This document shows, one piece after another, positions 1 to 15,100 of a DNA stretch of 64,000 nucleotides. The notes beneath the pieces are model-generated. The model saw nothing but the letters and a program-made list of their open reading frames with translations, searched no databases and was not told where the DNA came from. The position numbers and the translations under genes are program-made. The number at the start of each line of letters is the position of its first letter. Positions within the stretch are counted from its first letter, which is position 1. Source of the DNA: Eledone cirrhosa (lineage: Eukaryota); contig OZ024744.1 in NCBI GenBank assembly GCA_964016885.1, positions 122,202,001 through 122,266,000 on the forward strand, read 5' to 3'.

Positions 1-719
1 CCAGTCACTTTTATCCTTCCTCAACACATGACCCAACCATATCACACTATCTCTCTTCACAACATCCATCATTACCTTTATTGCTCTCACCCAGTCACTT
101 TCATACTTCCTCAACACATGACCCAACCATCTCATACTATCTCTCTTCACAACAACCATCACTACCTCTATTCCTCTCACCCAGTCACTTTTATCCTACC
201 TCAACACATGACCCAACCATCTCACACTATCTCTCTTCACAACATCCATCACTAACTCTATTCCTCTCACCCAGTCACTTTTATCCTTCCTCAACACATG
301 ACCTAACCATCTCACACTATCTCTCTTCACAACATCCATCATTACCTCTATTGCTCTCACCCAGTCACTTTCATACTTCCTCAACACATGACCCAACCTT
401 CTCACACTATCTCTCTTCACAACATCCATCACTACCTCTATTCCTCTCACCCAGTCACTTTCATACTTCCTCAACACATGACCCAACCATCTCACACTAT
501 CTCTCTTCACAACATCCATCACTACCTCTATTCCTCTCACCCAGTCACTTTTATCCTTCCTCAACACATGACCCAACCATCTCACACTATCTCTCTTCAC
601 AACATCCATCACTACCTCTATTCCTCACACCCAGTCACTTTTATCCTTCCTCAACACATAACTCAACCATCTCACACTATCTCTCTTCACAACATCCATC
701 ACTACCTCTATTCCTCTCA

Positions 720-3030
720 CCCAGTCACTTTCATACTTCCTCAACACATGACCCACCTATCTCACACTATCCCTCTTCACAACATCCATCACTACCTCTA
801 TTCCCCTCACCCAGTCACTTTCATACTGCCTCAACACATGACCCAACAATCTCTCACTATCTCTCTTCACAACATCCATCACTACCTCTATTCCTCTCAC
901 CCAGTCACTTTCATACTTCCTCAACACATGACCCAACCATCTCACACTATCTCTCTTCACAACATCCATCACTACCTCTATTCCTCTCACCCAGTCACTT
1001 TTATCCTTCCTCAATACATAACCTAACCATCTGACACTATCTCTCTTCACAACATCCATCACTACATCTGTTCCTCTCACCCAGTCACTTTCATACTTCC
1101 TCAACACATGAACCAACCATCTCACACTATCTCTCTTCACAACATCCATCACTACATTTAATCCTCTCAGCCAGTCAATTTCATACTGCCTCAACACATG
1201 ACCCAACCATCTCTCACTATCTCTCTTCACAACATCCATCACTACCTCTATTCCTCTCACCCAGTCACTTTCATACTTCCTCAACACATGACCCAACCAT
1301 CTCACGCTATCTCTCTTCACAACATCCATCACTACCTCTATTCCTCTCACCCCATAACTTTTATCCTTCCTCAACACATGACCTAACCATCTCACACTAT
1401 CTCTCTTCACAACATCCATCACTACCTCTATTCCTCTCACCCAGTCACTTTTATACTTCCTCAACACATGACCTAACCATCTGACACTATCTCTCTTCAC
1501 AACATCCATCACTACCTCTATTCCTCTCACCCAGTCACTTTTATCCTTCCTCAACACATGACCTAACCATCTCACACTATCTCTCTTCAACAACATCCAT
1601 CACTATCTCTATTCCTCTCACCCAGTCACTTTCATAATTCCTCAACACATGCCCCAATCATCTCACACTATCCCTCTTCACAACATCCATCACTACCTCT
1701 ATTCCTCTCACCCAGTCACTTTTATACTTCCTCAACACATGACCCAACCATCTCACGCTATCTCTCTTCACAATATCCATCACTACCTCTATTCCTCTCA
1801 CCCAGTCACTTTTATCCTTCCTCAACACATGACCCAACCATCTCACACTATCTCTCTTCACAACATCCATCACTACATCTACTCCTCTCACCTAGTCACT
1901 TTCAACCTTCCTCAACACATGACCCAACCATCTCACACTATCTCTCTTCACAACATCCTTCACTACCTCTATTCCTCTCAGCCAGTCACTTTCATACTTC
2001 CTCAACACATGACCCACCTATCTCACACTATCCCTCTTCACAACATCCATCACTACCTCTATTCCCCTCACCCAGTCACTTTCATACTGCCTCAACACAT
2101 GACCCAACAATCTCTCACTATCTCTCTTCACAACATCCATCACTACCTCTATTCCTCTCACCCAGTCACTTTCATACTTCCTCAACACATGACCCAACCA
2201 TCTCACACTATCTCTCTTCACAACATCCATCACTACCTCTATTCCTCTCACCCAGTCACTTTTATCCTTCCTCAATACATAACCTAACCATCTGACACTA
2301 TCTCTCTTCACAACATCCATCACTACATCTGTTCCTCTCACCCAGTCACTTTTATACTTCCTCAACACATGAACCAACCATCTCACACTATCTCTCTTCA
2401 CAACATCCATCACTACATTTAATCCTCTCAGCCAGTCAATTTCATACTGCCTCAACACATGACCCAACCTTCTCTCTCTATCTCTCTTCACAACATCCAT
2501 CACTACCTCTATTCCTCTCACCCAGTCACTTTCATACTTCCTCAACACATGACCCAACCATCTCACGCTATCTCTCTTCACAACATCCATCACTACCTCT
2601 ATTCCTCTCACCCCATAACTTTTATCCTTCCTCAACACATGACCTAACCATCTCACACTATCTCTCTTCACAACATCCATCACTACCTCTATTCCTCTCA
2701 CCCAGTCACTTTTATACTTCCTCAACACATGACCTAACCATCTGACACTATCTCTCTTCACAACATCCATCACTACCTCTATTCCTCTCACCCAGTCACT
2801 TTTATCCTTCCTCAACACATGACCTAACCATCTCACACTATCTCTCTTCAACAACATCCATCACTATCTCTATTCCTCTCACCCAGTCACTTTCATAATT
2901 CCTCAACACATGCCCCAATCATCTCACACTATCCCTCTTCACAACATCCATCACTACCTCTATTCCTCTCACCCAGTCACTTTTATACTTCCTCAACACA
3001 TGACCCAACCATCTCACGCTATCTCACTTC
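720..3030. repeat. Higher-order tandem duplication, period 1261 bp (14 monomers + 1 bp)
   Basis: ORFs 757..1596 / 2018..2857, 1198 / 2459 and 1649 / 2910 are offset by 1261. Rare variants (caatacata, gaaccaa, tttaatcc, cccataact, +A insertion at ~1590 / ~2851) recur in the same order. Confidence 0.92.
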
Positions 3031-6000
3031 ACAACATCCATCACCACCTCTATTCCTCTCACCCAGTCACTTTTATCCTTCCTCAACACATGACCCAACC
3101 ATCTCACACTATCTCTCTTCACAACATCCATCACAACCTCTATTCCTCTCACCCAGTCACTTTTATCCTTCCTCAACACATGACCTAACCATCTGACACT
3201 ATCTCTCTTCACAACATCCATCACTACATCTACTCCTCTCACCTAGTCACTTTCAACCTTCCTCAACACATGACCCAACCATCTCACACTATCTCTCTTC
3301 ACAACATCCTTCACTACCTCTATTCCTCTCAGCCAGTCACTTTTATACTTACTCAACACATGACCCAACCATCTGACACTATCTCACTTCACAACATCCA
3401 TCACCACCTCTATTCCTCTCACCCAGTCACTTTTATCCTTCCTCAACACATGACCCAACCATCTCACACTATCTCTCTTCACAACATCCATCACAACCTC
3501 TATTCCTCTCACCCAGTCACTTTTATCCTTCCTCAACACATGACCTAACCATCTGACACTATCTCTCTTCACAACATCCATCACCACCTCTATTCCTCTC
3601 ACCCAGTCACTTTTATCCGTCCTCAAAACATGACCAAACCATCTCATACTATCTCTCTTCACAACATCCATCACCACCTCTATTCCTCACACCCAGTCAC
3701 TTTTATACTTCCTCAACACATAACACAACAATCTCACACTATCTCTTTTCACAACATCCATCACCACCTCTATTCCTCTCACCCAGTCACTTTCATACTG
3801 CCTCAACCCATGACCCAACCATCTCACACTATCTCTCTTCACAACATCCATCACTACATCTTTTCCTCTCACCCAGTCACTTTTATCCTTCCTCAACACA
3901 TGACCCAACCATCTCACACTATCTCTCTTCACAACATCCATCACCACCTCTATTCCTCTCACCCAGTCACATTTATCCTTCCTCAACACACGACCTAACC
4001 ATCTCACACTATCTCTCTTCACAACATCCATCACTACCTCTATTCCTCTCACCCAGTCACTTTTATCCTTCCTCAACACATGACCCAACCATCTCACACT
4101 ATCTCTCTTCACAACATCCATCACTACATCTACTCCTCTCACCCAGTCACTTTTATCCTTCCTCAACACATAACACAACAATCTCACACTATCTCTCTTC
4201 ACAACATCCATCACTACCTCTATTCATCTCACCCAGTCACTTTCATACTGGCTCAACCCATGACCCATCCATCTCACACTATCTCTATTCACAACATCCA
4301 TCACTACCTTTCTTCCTCTCACCTCCCAGTCACTTTTATCCTTCCTCAACACATGACCCAAACATCTCACACTATCTCTCTTCACAACATCCATCACTAC
4401 CTCTCTTCCTCTCACCTCCCAGTCACTTTTATCCTTCCTCAACACATGACCTAACCATCTCACACTATCTCTCTTCAACAACATCCATCACTATCTCTAT
4501 TCCTCTCACCCAGTCACTTTCATAATTCCTCAACACATGCCCCAATCATCTCACACTATCCCTCTTCACAACATCCATCACCACCTCTATTCCTCTCACC
4601 CAGTCACCTTTATCCTTCCTCAACACATGAACCAACCATCTCACACTATCTCTCTTCACAACATCCATCACCACCTCTATTCCTCTCACCCAGTCACTTT
4701 TATCCTTCCTCAACACATGACCCAATCATCTCACACTATCCCTCTTCACAACATCCATCACTACCTCTATTCCTCTCACCCAGTCACTTTTATACTTCCT
4801 CAACACATGACCCAACCATCTCACGCTATCTCTCTTCACAATATCCTTCACTACCTCTATTCCTCTCAGCCAGTCACTTTTATACTTCCTTAACACATGA
4901 CTAAACCATCTCACACTATCTCTCTTCACAACATCCATCACTACATCTACTCCTCTCACCTAGTCACTTTCAACCTTCCTCAACACATGACCCAACCATC
5001 TCACGCTATCTCTCTTCACAACATCCATCACTACCTCTATTCCTCTCACCCCGTCACTTTTATCCTTCCTCAACACATGACCCAACCATCTCACACTATC
5101 TCTCTTCACAACATCCATCATTACCTCTATTGCTCTCAACCAGTCACTTTCATACTTCCTCAACACATGACCCAACCATCTCACACTATCTCTCTTCACA
5201 ACATCCATCATTACCTCTATTGCTCTCACCCAGTCACTTTCATACTTCCTCAACACATGACCCAACCATCTCATACTATCTCTCTTCACAACATCCATCA
5301 CTACCTCTATTCCTCTCACCCAGTCACTTTTATCCTTCCTCAACATATGACCCAACCATCTCACACTATCTCTCTTCACAACATCCATCACTACCTCTAT
5401 TCCTCTCACCCAGTCACTTTTATCCTTCCTCAACACATGACTAAACCATCTCACACTATCTGTCTTCACAACATCCATCACTACCTCTATTCCTCTCACC
5501 CAGTCACTTTCATACTTCCTCAACACATGACCCAACCATCTCACACTATCTCTCTTCACAACATCCATCACTACCTCTATTCCTCTCACCCAGTCATTCT
5601 CATCCTTCCTCAACATATGACCCAACCATCTCACACTATCTCTCTTCACAACATCCATCACTACCTCTATTCGTCTCACCCAGTCACTTTCATACTTCCT
5701 CAACACATGACCCAACCATCTCACGCTATCTCTCTTCACAACATCCATCACTACCTCTATTCCTCTCACCCCGTCACTTTTATCCTTCCTCAACACATGA
5801 CCTAACCATCTCACACTATCTCTCTTCACAACATCCATCACTACCTCTATTCCTCTCACCCAGTCACTTTTATACTTCCTCAACACATGACCCAACCATC
5901 TCACACTATCTCTCTTCACAACACCCATCACTACCTCTATTCCTCTCACCCAGTCACTTTCATACTTCCTCAACACATGACCCAATCATCTCACACTATC

Positions 6001-6199
6001 TCTCTTCACAATATCCATCACTACCTCTATTCCTCTCACCCAGTCACTTTTATCCTTCCTCAACACATGACCTAACCATCTGACACTATCTCTCTTCACA
6101 ACATCCATCACTACCTCTATTCCTCTCACCCAGTCACTTTCATAATTCCTCAACACATGACCCAATCATCTCACACTATCTCTCTTCACAACATCCATC

Positions 6200-9100
6200 A
6201 CTACCTCTATTCCTCTCACCCAGTCACTTTTATCCTTCCTCAACACATGACCTAACCATCTCACACTATCTCTCTTCAACAACATCCATCACTATCTCTA
6301 TTCCTCTCACCCAGTCACTTTCATAATTCCTCAACACATGCCCCAATCATCTCACACTATCCCTCTTCACAACATCCATCACTACCTCTATTCCTCTCAC
6401 CCAGTCACTTTTATACTTCCTCAACACATGACCCAACCATCTCACGCTATCTCTCTTCACAATATCCATCACTACCTCTATTCCTCTCACCCAGTCACTT
6501 TTATCCTTCCTCAACACATGACCCAACCATCTCACACTATCTCTCTTCACAACATCCATCACTACATCTACTCCTCTCACCTAGTCACTTTCAACCTTCC
6601 TCAACACATGACCCAACCATCTCACACTATCTCACTTCACAACATCCATCACCACCTCTATTCCTCTCACCCAGTCACTTTTATCCTTCCTCAACACATG
6701 ACTCAACCATCTCACACTATCTCTCTTCACAACATCCATCACCACCTCTATTCCTCTCACCCAGTCACTTTTATCCTTCGTCAACACATGACCTAACCAT
6801 CTGACACTATCTCTCTTCACAATATCCATCACCACCTCTATTCCTCTCACCCAGTCACTTTTATCCGTCCTCAACACATGACCCAACCATCTCACACTAT
6901 CTCTCTTCACAACATCCATCATCACCTCTATTCCTCTCACCCAGTCACTTTTATCCTTCCTCAACACATGACCCAACCATCTCACACTATCCCTCTTCAC
7001 AACATCCATCACTACCTCTATTCCTCTCACCCAGTCACTTTTATCTTTCCTCAACACATGACCCAACTATCTCACACTACCTCTCTTCACAACATCCATC
7101 ACTACCTCTATTCCTCTCACCCAGTCACTTTTATCCTTCCTCAACACATGACCCAACCATCTCACACTATCTCTCTTACCAACATCCATCACTAACTCTA
7201 TTCCTATCAGCCAGTCACTTTTATCCTTCCTCAACACATGACCCAACCATATCACACTATCTCTCTTCACAACATCCATCACCACCTCTATTCCTCTCAC
7301 CCAGTCACTTTTATCCGTCCTCAACACATGACCCAACCATCTCACACTATCTCTCTTCACAACATCCATCACCACCTCTATTCCTCTCACCCAGTCACTT
7401 TTATCCTTCCTCACCACATGACCCAACCATCTCACACTATCTCTCTTCACAACATCCATCATTACCTCTATTGCTCTCACCCAGTCTCTTTCATACTTCC
7501 TCAACACATGACCCAACCATCTCACACTATCTCTCTTCACAACATCCATCATTACCTCTATTGCTCTCACCCAGTCACTTTCATACTTCCTCAACACATG
7601 ACCCAACCATCTCATACTATCTCTCTTCACAACATCCATCACTACCTCTATTCCTCTCACCCAGTCACTTTTATCCTTCCTCAACACATGACCCAACCAT
7701 CTCACACTATCTCTCTTCACAACATCCATCACTACCTCTATTCCTCTCACCCAGTCAATTTTATCCTTCCTCAACACATGACTAAACCATCTCACACTAT
7801 CTCTCTTCACAACATCCATCACTACCTCTATTCCTCTCACCCAGTCACTTTCATACTGCCTCAACCCATGACCCAACCATCTCACACTATCTCTCTTCAC
7901 AACATCCATCACTACATCTGTTCCTCTCACCCAGTCACTTTTATACTTCCTCAACACATGACCCAACCATCTCACACTATCTCTCTTCACAACATCCATC
8001 ACTACCTCTATTCCTCTCACCAAGTCACTTTTATCCTTCCTCAACACATGACCCAACCATCTCTCACTATCTCTCTTCACAACATCCATCACTACCTCTA
8101 TTCCTCTCAACCAGTCACTTTTATCCTTCCTCAACACATGACCCAACCATCTCACACTATCTCTCTTCACAACATCCATCACTACCTCTATTCCTCTCAC
8201 CCAGTCACTTTCATACTTCCTCAACAGATGACCTAACCATCTCACACTATCTCTCTTCACAACATCCATCACTACCTCTATTCTTCTCACCTCCCAGTCA
8301 CTTTTATCCTTCCTCAACACATGACCCAACCATCTCACACTATCTCTCTTCACAACATCCATCACCACCTCTATTCCTCACACCCAGTCACTTTTATACT
8401 TCCTCAACACATGACCCAACCATCTCACACTATCTCTCTTCACAACATCCATCACTACCTCTATTCCTCTCACCCAGTCACTTTCATACTTCCTCAACAC
8501 ATGACCCAACCATCTCACACTATCTCTCTTCACAACATCCATCACTACCTCTATTCCTGTCACCCAGTCACTTTCATACTTCCTCAACACATGACCCAAC
8601 CATCTCACACTATCTCTCTTCACAACATCCATCACTACCTCTGTTCCTCTCAACCAGTCACTTTTATCCTTCCTCAACACATGACCCAACCATATCACAC
8701 TATCTCTCTTCACAACCACCATCACTACCTTTATTCCTCTCAGCCAGTCAATTTCATACTTCCTCAACACATGACCCAACCATCTCACACTATCTCTCTT
8801 CACAACATCTATCACTACCTCTATTCCTCTCACCCAGTCACTTTCATACTTCCTCAACACATGACCCAACCATCTCTCACTATCTCTCTTCACAACATCC
8901 ATCACTAACTCTATTCCTCTCACCTCCCAGTCACTTTTATCCTTCCTCAACACATGACCCAACCATCTTACACTATCTCTCTTCACAACATCCATCACTA
9001 ACTCTATTCCTCTCACCCAGTCACTTTTATCCTTCCTCAACACATGACCTAACCATCTCACACTATCTCTCTTCACAACATCCATCATTACCTCTATTGC

Positions 9101-12100
9101 TCTCACCCAGTCACTTTCATACTTCCTCAACACATGACCCAACCTTCTCACACTATCTCTCTTCACAACACCCATCACTACCTCTATTCCTCTCACCCAG
9201 TCACATTCATACTTCCTCAACACATGACCCAACCATCTCACACTATCTCTCTTCACAACATCCATCACTACCTCTATTCCTCTCACCCAGTCACTTTTAT
9301 CCTTCCTCAACACATGACCCAACCATCTCACACTATCTCTCTTCACAACATCCATCACTACCTCTATTCCTCTCACCCAGTCAGTTTTATCCTTCCTCAA
9401 CACATGACCCAACCATCTCACACTATCTCTCTTCACAACATCCATCACTACCTCTATTCATCTCACCCAGTCACTTTTATCCTTCCTCAACACATGACCA
9501 AACCATCTCACACTATCTCTCTTCACAACATCCATCACTACCTCTATTCATCTCACCCAGTCACTTTCATACTGGCTCAACCCATGACCCAACCATCTCA
9601 CACTATCTCTCTTCACAACATCCATCACTACATTTATTCCTCTCACCCAGTCACTTTTATACTTCCTCAACACATGACCCAACCATCTCACACTATCTCT
9701 CTTCACAACATCCATCACTACCTCTATTCCTCTCACCCAGTCACTTTTATCCTTCCTCAACACATGACCCAACCATCTTACACTATCTCTCTTCACAACA
9801 TCCATCACTACCTCTATTCCTCTCACCCAGTCACTTTCATACTTCCTCAACAGATGACCCAACCATCTCACACTATCTCTCTTCACAAGATCCATCACTA
9901 CCTCTATTCCTCTCACCCAGTCACTTTCATACTTCCTCAACACATGACCCACCTGTCTCACACTATCTCTCTTCACAACATCCATCACTACCTCTATTCC
10001 CCTCACCCAGTCACTTTCATACTGCCTCAACACATGACCCAACAATCTCTCACAATCTCTCTTCACAACATCCATCACTACCTCTATTCCTCTCACCCAG
10101 TCACTTTCATACTTCCTCAACACATGACCCAACCATCTCACACTATCTCTCTTCACTACATCCATCACTACCTCTATTCCTCTCACCCAGTCACTTTTAT
10201 CCTTCCTCAACACATGACCTAACCATCTGACACTATCTCTCTTCACAACATCCATCACTACATCTGTTCCTCTCACCCAGTCACTTTTATACTTCCTCAA
10301 CACATGACCCAACCATCTCACACTATCTCTTTTCACAACATCCATCACTACATTTATTCCTCTCAGCCAGTCAATTTCATACTGCCTCAACACTTGACCC
10401 AACCATCTCTCACTATCTCGCTTCACAACATCCATCACTACCTATATTCCTCTCACCCAGTCACTTTCATACTTCCTCAACACATGACCCAACCATCTCA
10501 CACTATCTCTCTTCACAACATCCATCACTACCTCTATTCCTCTCACCCCGTCACTTTTATCCTTCCTCAACACATGACCTAACCATTTCACACTATCTCT
10601 CTTCACAACATCCATCACTACCTCTATTCCTCTCACCCAGTCACTTTTATACTTCCTCAACACATGACCCAACCATCTCACACTATCTCTCTTCACAACA
10701 TCCATCACTACTTCTATTCCTCTCACCCAGTCACTTTCATACTTCCTCAACACATGACCCAATCATCTCACACTATCTCTCTTCACAATATCCATCACTA
10801 CCTCTATTCCTCTCACCCAGTCACTTTTATCCTTCCTCAACACATGACCTAACCATCTGACACTATCTCTCTTCACAACATCCATCACTACCTCTATTCC
10901 TCTCACCCAGTCACTTTTATCCTTCCTCAACACATGACCTAACCATCTCACACTATCTCTCTTCAACAACATCCATCACTATCTCTATTCCTCTCACCCA
11001 GTCACTTTCATAATTCCTCAACACCTGACCCAATCATCTCACACTATCCCTCTTCACAACATCCATCACTACCTCTATTCCTCTCACCCAGTCACTTTTA
11101 TACTTCCTCAACACATGACCCAACCATCTCACGCTATCTCTCTTCACAATATCCATCACTACCTCTATTCCTCTCACCCAGTCACTTTTATCCTTCCTCA
11201 ACACATGACCCAACCATCTCACACTATCTCTCTTCACAACATCCATCACTACCTCTACTCCTCTCACCTAGTCACTTTCAACCTTCCTCAACACATGACC
11301 CAACCATCTCACACTATCTCTCTTCACAACATCCTTCACTACCTCTATTCCTCTCAGCCAGTCACTTTTATACTTCCTCAACACATGACCCAACCATCTG
11401 ACACTATCTCACTTCACAACATCCATCACCACCTCTATTCCTCTCACCCAGTCACTTTTATCCTTCCTCAACACATGACTCAACCATCTCGCACTATCTC
11501 TCTTCACAACATCCATCACCACCTCTATTCCTCTCACCCAGTCACTTTTATCCTTCGTCAACACATGACCTAACCATCTGACACTATCTCTCTTCACAAT
11601 ATCCATCACCACCTCTATTCCTCTCACCCAGTCACTTTTATCCGTCCTCAACACATGACCCAACCATCTCACACTATCTCTCTTCACAACATCCATCATC
11701 ACCTCTATTCCTCTCACCCAGTCACTTTATCCTTCCTCAACACATGACCCAACCATCTCACACTATCCCTCTTCACAACATCCATCACTACCTCTATTCC
11801 TCTCACCCAGTCACTTTTATCTTTCCTCAACACATGACCCAACTATCTCACACTACCTCTCTTCACAACATCCATCACTACCTCTATTCCTCTCACCCAG
11901 TCACTTTTATCCTTCCTCAACACATGACCCAACCATCTCACACTATCTCTCTTCACAACATCGATCACTACCTCTATTCCTATCAGCCAGTCACTTTTAT
12001 CCTTCCTCAACACATGACCCAACCATATCACACTATCTCTCTTCACAACATCCATCACCACCTCTATTCCTCTCACCCAGTCACTTTTATCCTTCCTCAA

Positions 12101-15100
12101 CACATGACCCAACCATCTCACACTATCTCTCTTCACAACATCCATCACCACCTCTATTCCTCTCACCCAGTCACTTTTATCCTTCCTCAACACATGACCC
12201 GACCATCTCACACTATCTCTCTTCACAACATCCATCATTACCTCTATTGCTCTCACCCAGTCACTTTCATACTTCCTCAACACATGACCCAACCATCTCA
12301 CACTATCTCTCTTCACAACATCCATCATTACCTCTATTGCTCTCACCCAGTCACTTTCATACTTCCTCAACACATGACCCAACCATCTCACACTATCTCT
12401 CTTCACAACATCCATCACTACCTCTATTCCTCTCACCCAGTCACTTTTATCCTTCCTCAACACATGACCCAACCATCTCATACTATCTCTCTTCACAACA
12501 TCCATCACTACCTCTATTCCTCTCACCCAGTCACTTTTATCCTTCCTCAACACATGACCCAACCATCTCACACTATCTCTCTTCACAACATCCATCACTA
12601 CCTCTATTCCTCTCACCCAGTCACTTTTATCCTTCCTCAACACATGACTAAACCATCTCACACTATCTCTCTTCACAACATCCATCACTACCTCTATTCC
12701 TCTCACCCAGTCACTTTCATACTGCCTCAACAAATGACCCAACCATCTCATACTATCTCTCTTCACAACATCCATCACTACATCTGTTCCTCTCACCCAG
12801 TCACTTTTATACTTCCTCAACACATGACCCAACCATCTCACACTATCTCTCTTCACAACATCCATCACTACCTCTATTCCTCTCACCAAGTCACTTTTAT
12901 CCTTCCTCAACACATGACCCAACCATCTCTCACTATCTCTCTTCACAACATCCATCACTACCTCTATTCCTCTCAACCAGTCACTTTTATCCTTCCTCAA
13001 CACATGACCCAACCATCTCACACTATCTCTCTTCACAACATCCATCACTACCTCTATTCCTCTCACCCAGTCACTTTCATACTTCCTCAACACATGACCC
13101 AACCATCTCACACTATCTCTCTTCACAACATACATCACTACCTCTATTCCTCTCACCCAGTCACTTTCATACTTCCTCAACACATGACCCAACCATCTCA
13201 CACTATCTCTCTTCACAACATCCATCACTACCTCTGTTCCTCTCAACCAGTCACTTTTATCCTTCCTCAACACATGACCCAACCATCTCACACTATCTCT
13301 CTTCACAACATCCATCACTACCTTTATTCCTCTCAGCCAGTCAATTTCATACTTCCTCAACACATGACCCAACCATCTCACACTATCTCTCTTCACAACA
13401 TCTATCACTACCTCTATTCCTCTCACCCAGTCACTTTCATACTTCCTCAACACATGACCCAACCATCTCTCACTATCTCTCTTCACAACATCCATCACTA
13501 ACTCTATTCCTCTCACCTCCCAGTCACTTTTATCCTTCCTCAACACATGACCCAACCATCTTACACTATCTCTCTTCACAACATCCATCACTAACTCTAT
13601 TCCTCTCACCCAGTCACTTTTATCCTTCCTCAACACATGACCTAACCATCTCACACTATCTCTCTTCACAACATCCATCATTACCTCTATTGCTCTCACC
13701 CAGTCACTTTCATACTTCCTCAACACATGACCCAACCTTCTCACACTATCTCTCTTCACAACATCCATCACTACCTCTATTCCTCTCACCCAGTCACTTT
13801 CATACTTCATCAACACATGACCCAACCATCTCACACTATCTCTCTTCACAACATCCATCACTACCTCTATTCCTCTCACCCAGTCACTTTTATCCTTCCT
13901 CAACACATGACCCAACCATCTCACACTATCTCTCTTCACAACATCCATCACTACCTCTATTCCTCTCACCCAGTCAGTTTTATCCTTCCTCAACACATGA
14001 CCAAACCATCTCACACTATCTCTCTTCACAACATCCATCACTACCTCTATTCCTCACACCCAGTCACTTTTATCCTTCCTCAACACATGACCCAACCATC
14101 TCACACTATCTCTCTTCACAACATCCATCACTACCTCTATTCGTCTCACCCAGTCACTTTCATACTTCCTCAACACATGACCCACCTATCTCACACTATC
14201 TCTCTTCACAACATCCATCACTACCTCTATTCCCCTCACCCAGTCACTTTCATACTGCCTCAACACATGACCCAACAATCTCTCACTATCTCTCTTCACA
14301 ACATCCATCACTACCTCTATTCCTCTCACCCAGTCACTTTCATACTTCCTCAACACATGACCCAAACATCTCACACTATCTCTCTTCACAACATCCATCA
14401 CTACCTCTATTCCTCTCACCCAGTCACTTTTATCCTTCCTCAACACATGACCTAACCATCTGACAATATCTCTCTTCACAACATCCTTCACTACATCTGT
14501 TCCTCTCACCCAGTCACTTTTATACTTCCTCAACACATGACCCAACCATCTCACACTATCTCTCTTCACAACATCCATCACTACATTTATTCCTCTCAGC
14601 CAGTCAATTTCATACTGCCTCAACACATGACCCAACCATCTCTCACTATCTCTCTTCACAACATCCATCACTACCTCTATTCCTCTCACCCAGTCACTTT
14701 CATACTTCCTCAACACATGACCCAACCATCTCACACTATCTCTCTTCACAACATCCATCACTACATCTATTCCTCACACCCAGTAACTTTTATCCTTCCT
14801 CAACACATGACCCAACCATCTCACACTATCTCTCTTCACAACATCCATCACTACCTCTATTCCTCTCACCCAGTCACTTTTATACTTCCTCAACACATGA
14901 CCCAACCATCTCACACTATCTCTCTTCACAACATCCATCACTACCTCTATTCCTCTCACCCAGTCACTTTCATACTTCCTCAACACATGACCCAATCATC
15001 TCACACTATCTCTCTTCACAATATCCATCACTACCTCTATTCCTCTCACCCAGTCACTTTTATCCTTCCTCAACACATGACCTAACCATCTGACACTATC
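6200..15100. repeat. Imperfect higher-order duplication, period about 4.6-4.7 kb (51-52 monomers) with internal monomer gains and losses
   Basis: +A insertion at 6279 / 10966 (offset 4687); ORFs 6347 / 11034 (4687) and 9097 / 13690 (4593). Shared rare variants cttcgtc, cactacctc and atcatcacc occur in the same order. Confidence 0.8.
8411..8500 (+). repeat. Representative consensus monomer (90 bp; A24 C38 G2 T26; 44% GC; no CpG)
   Basis: Read directly: atgacccaac catctcacac tatctctctt cacaacatcc atcactacct ctattcctct cacccagtca ctttcatact tcctcaacac. Bases counted by hand. Confidence 0.95.

Noticed and set aside
298-310. CCTAACC matching the arthropod telomere repeat (TTAGG)n
   Set aside because: It is a single isolated pentamer created by one C>T variant per monomer and is never in tandem.
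8411-8500. CENP-B box or canonical G-quadruplex motif
   Set aside because: The consensus has no CpG, so the TTCG...CGGG core is absent. The minus strand has only two GGG runs per 90 bp, too far apart for a canonical three-tier G4.
11744-13501. His-rich plus-strand ORFs (MTQPSHTISLHNIHHYLYSSHPVTFILPQH)n as a metal-binding repeat protein
   Set aside because: The period is divisible by 3 and the strand is almost G-free, so stops are rare by composition. The common ccTAAcc variant truncates this frame constantly, and there are no unique termini.
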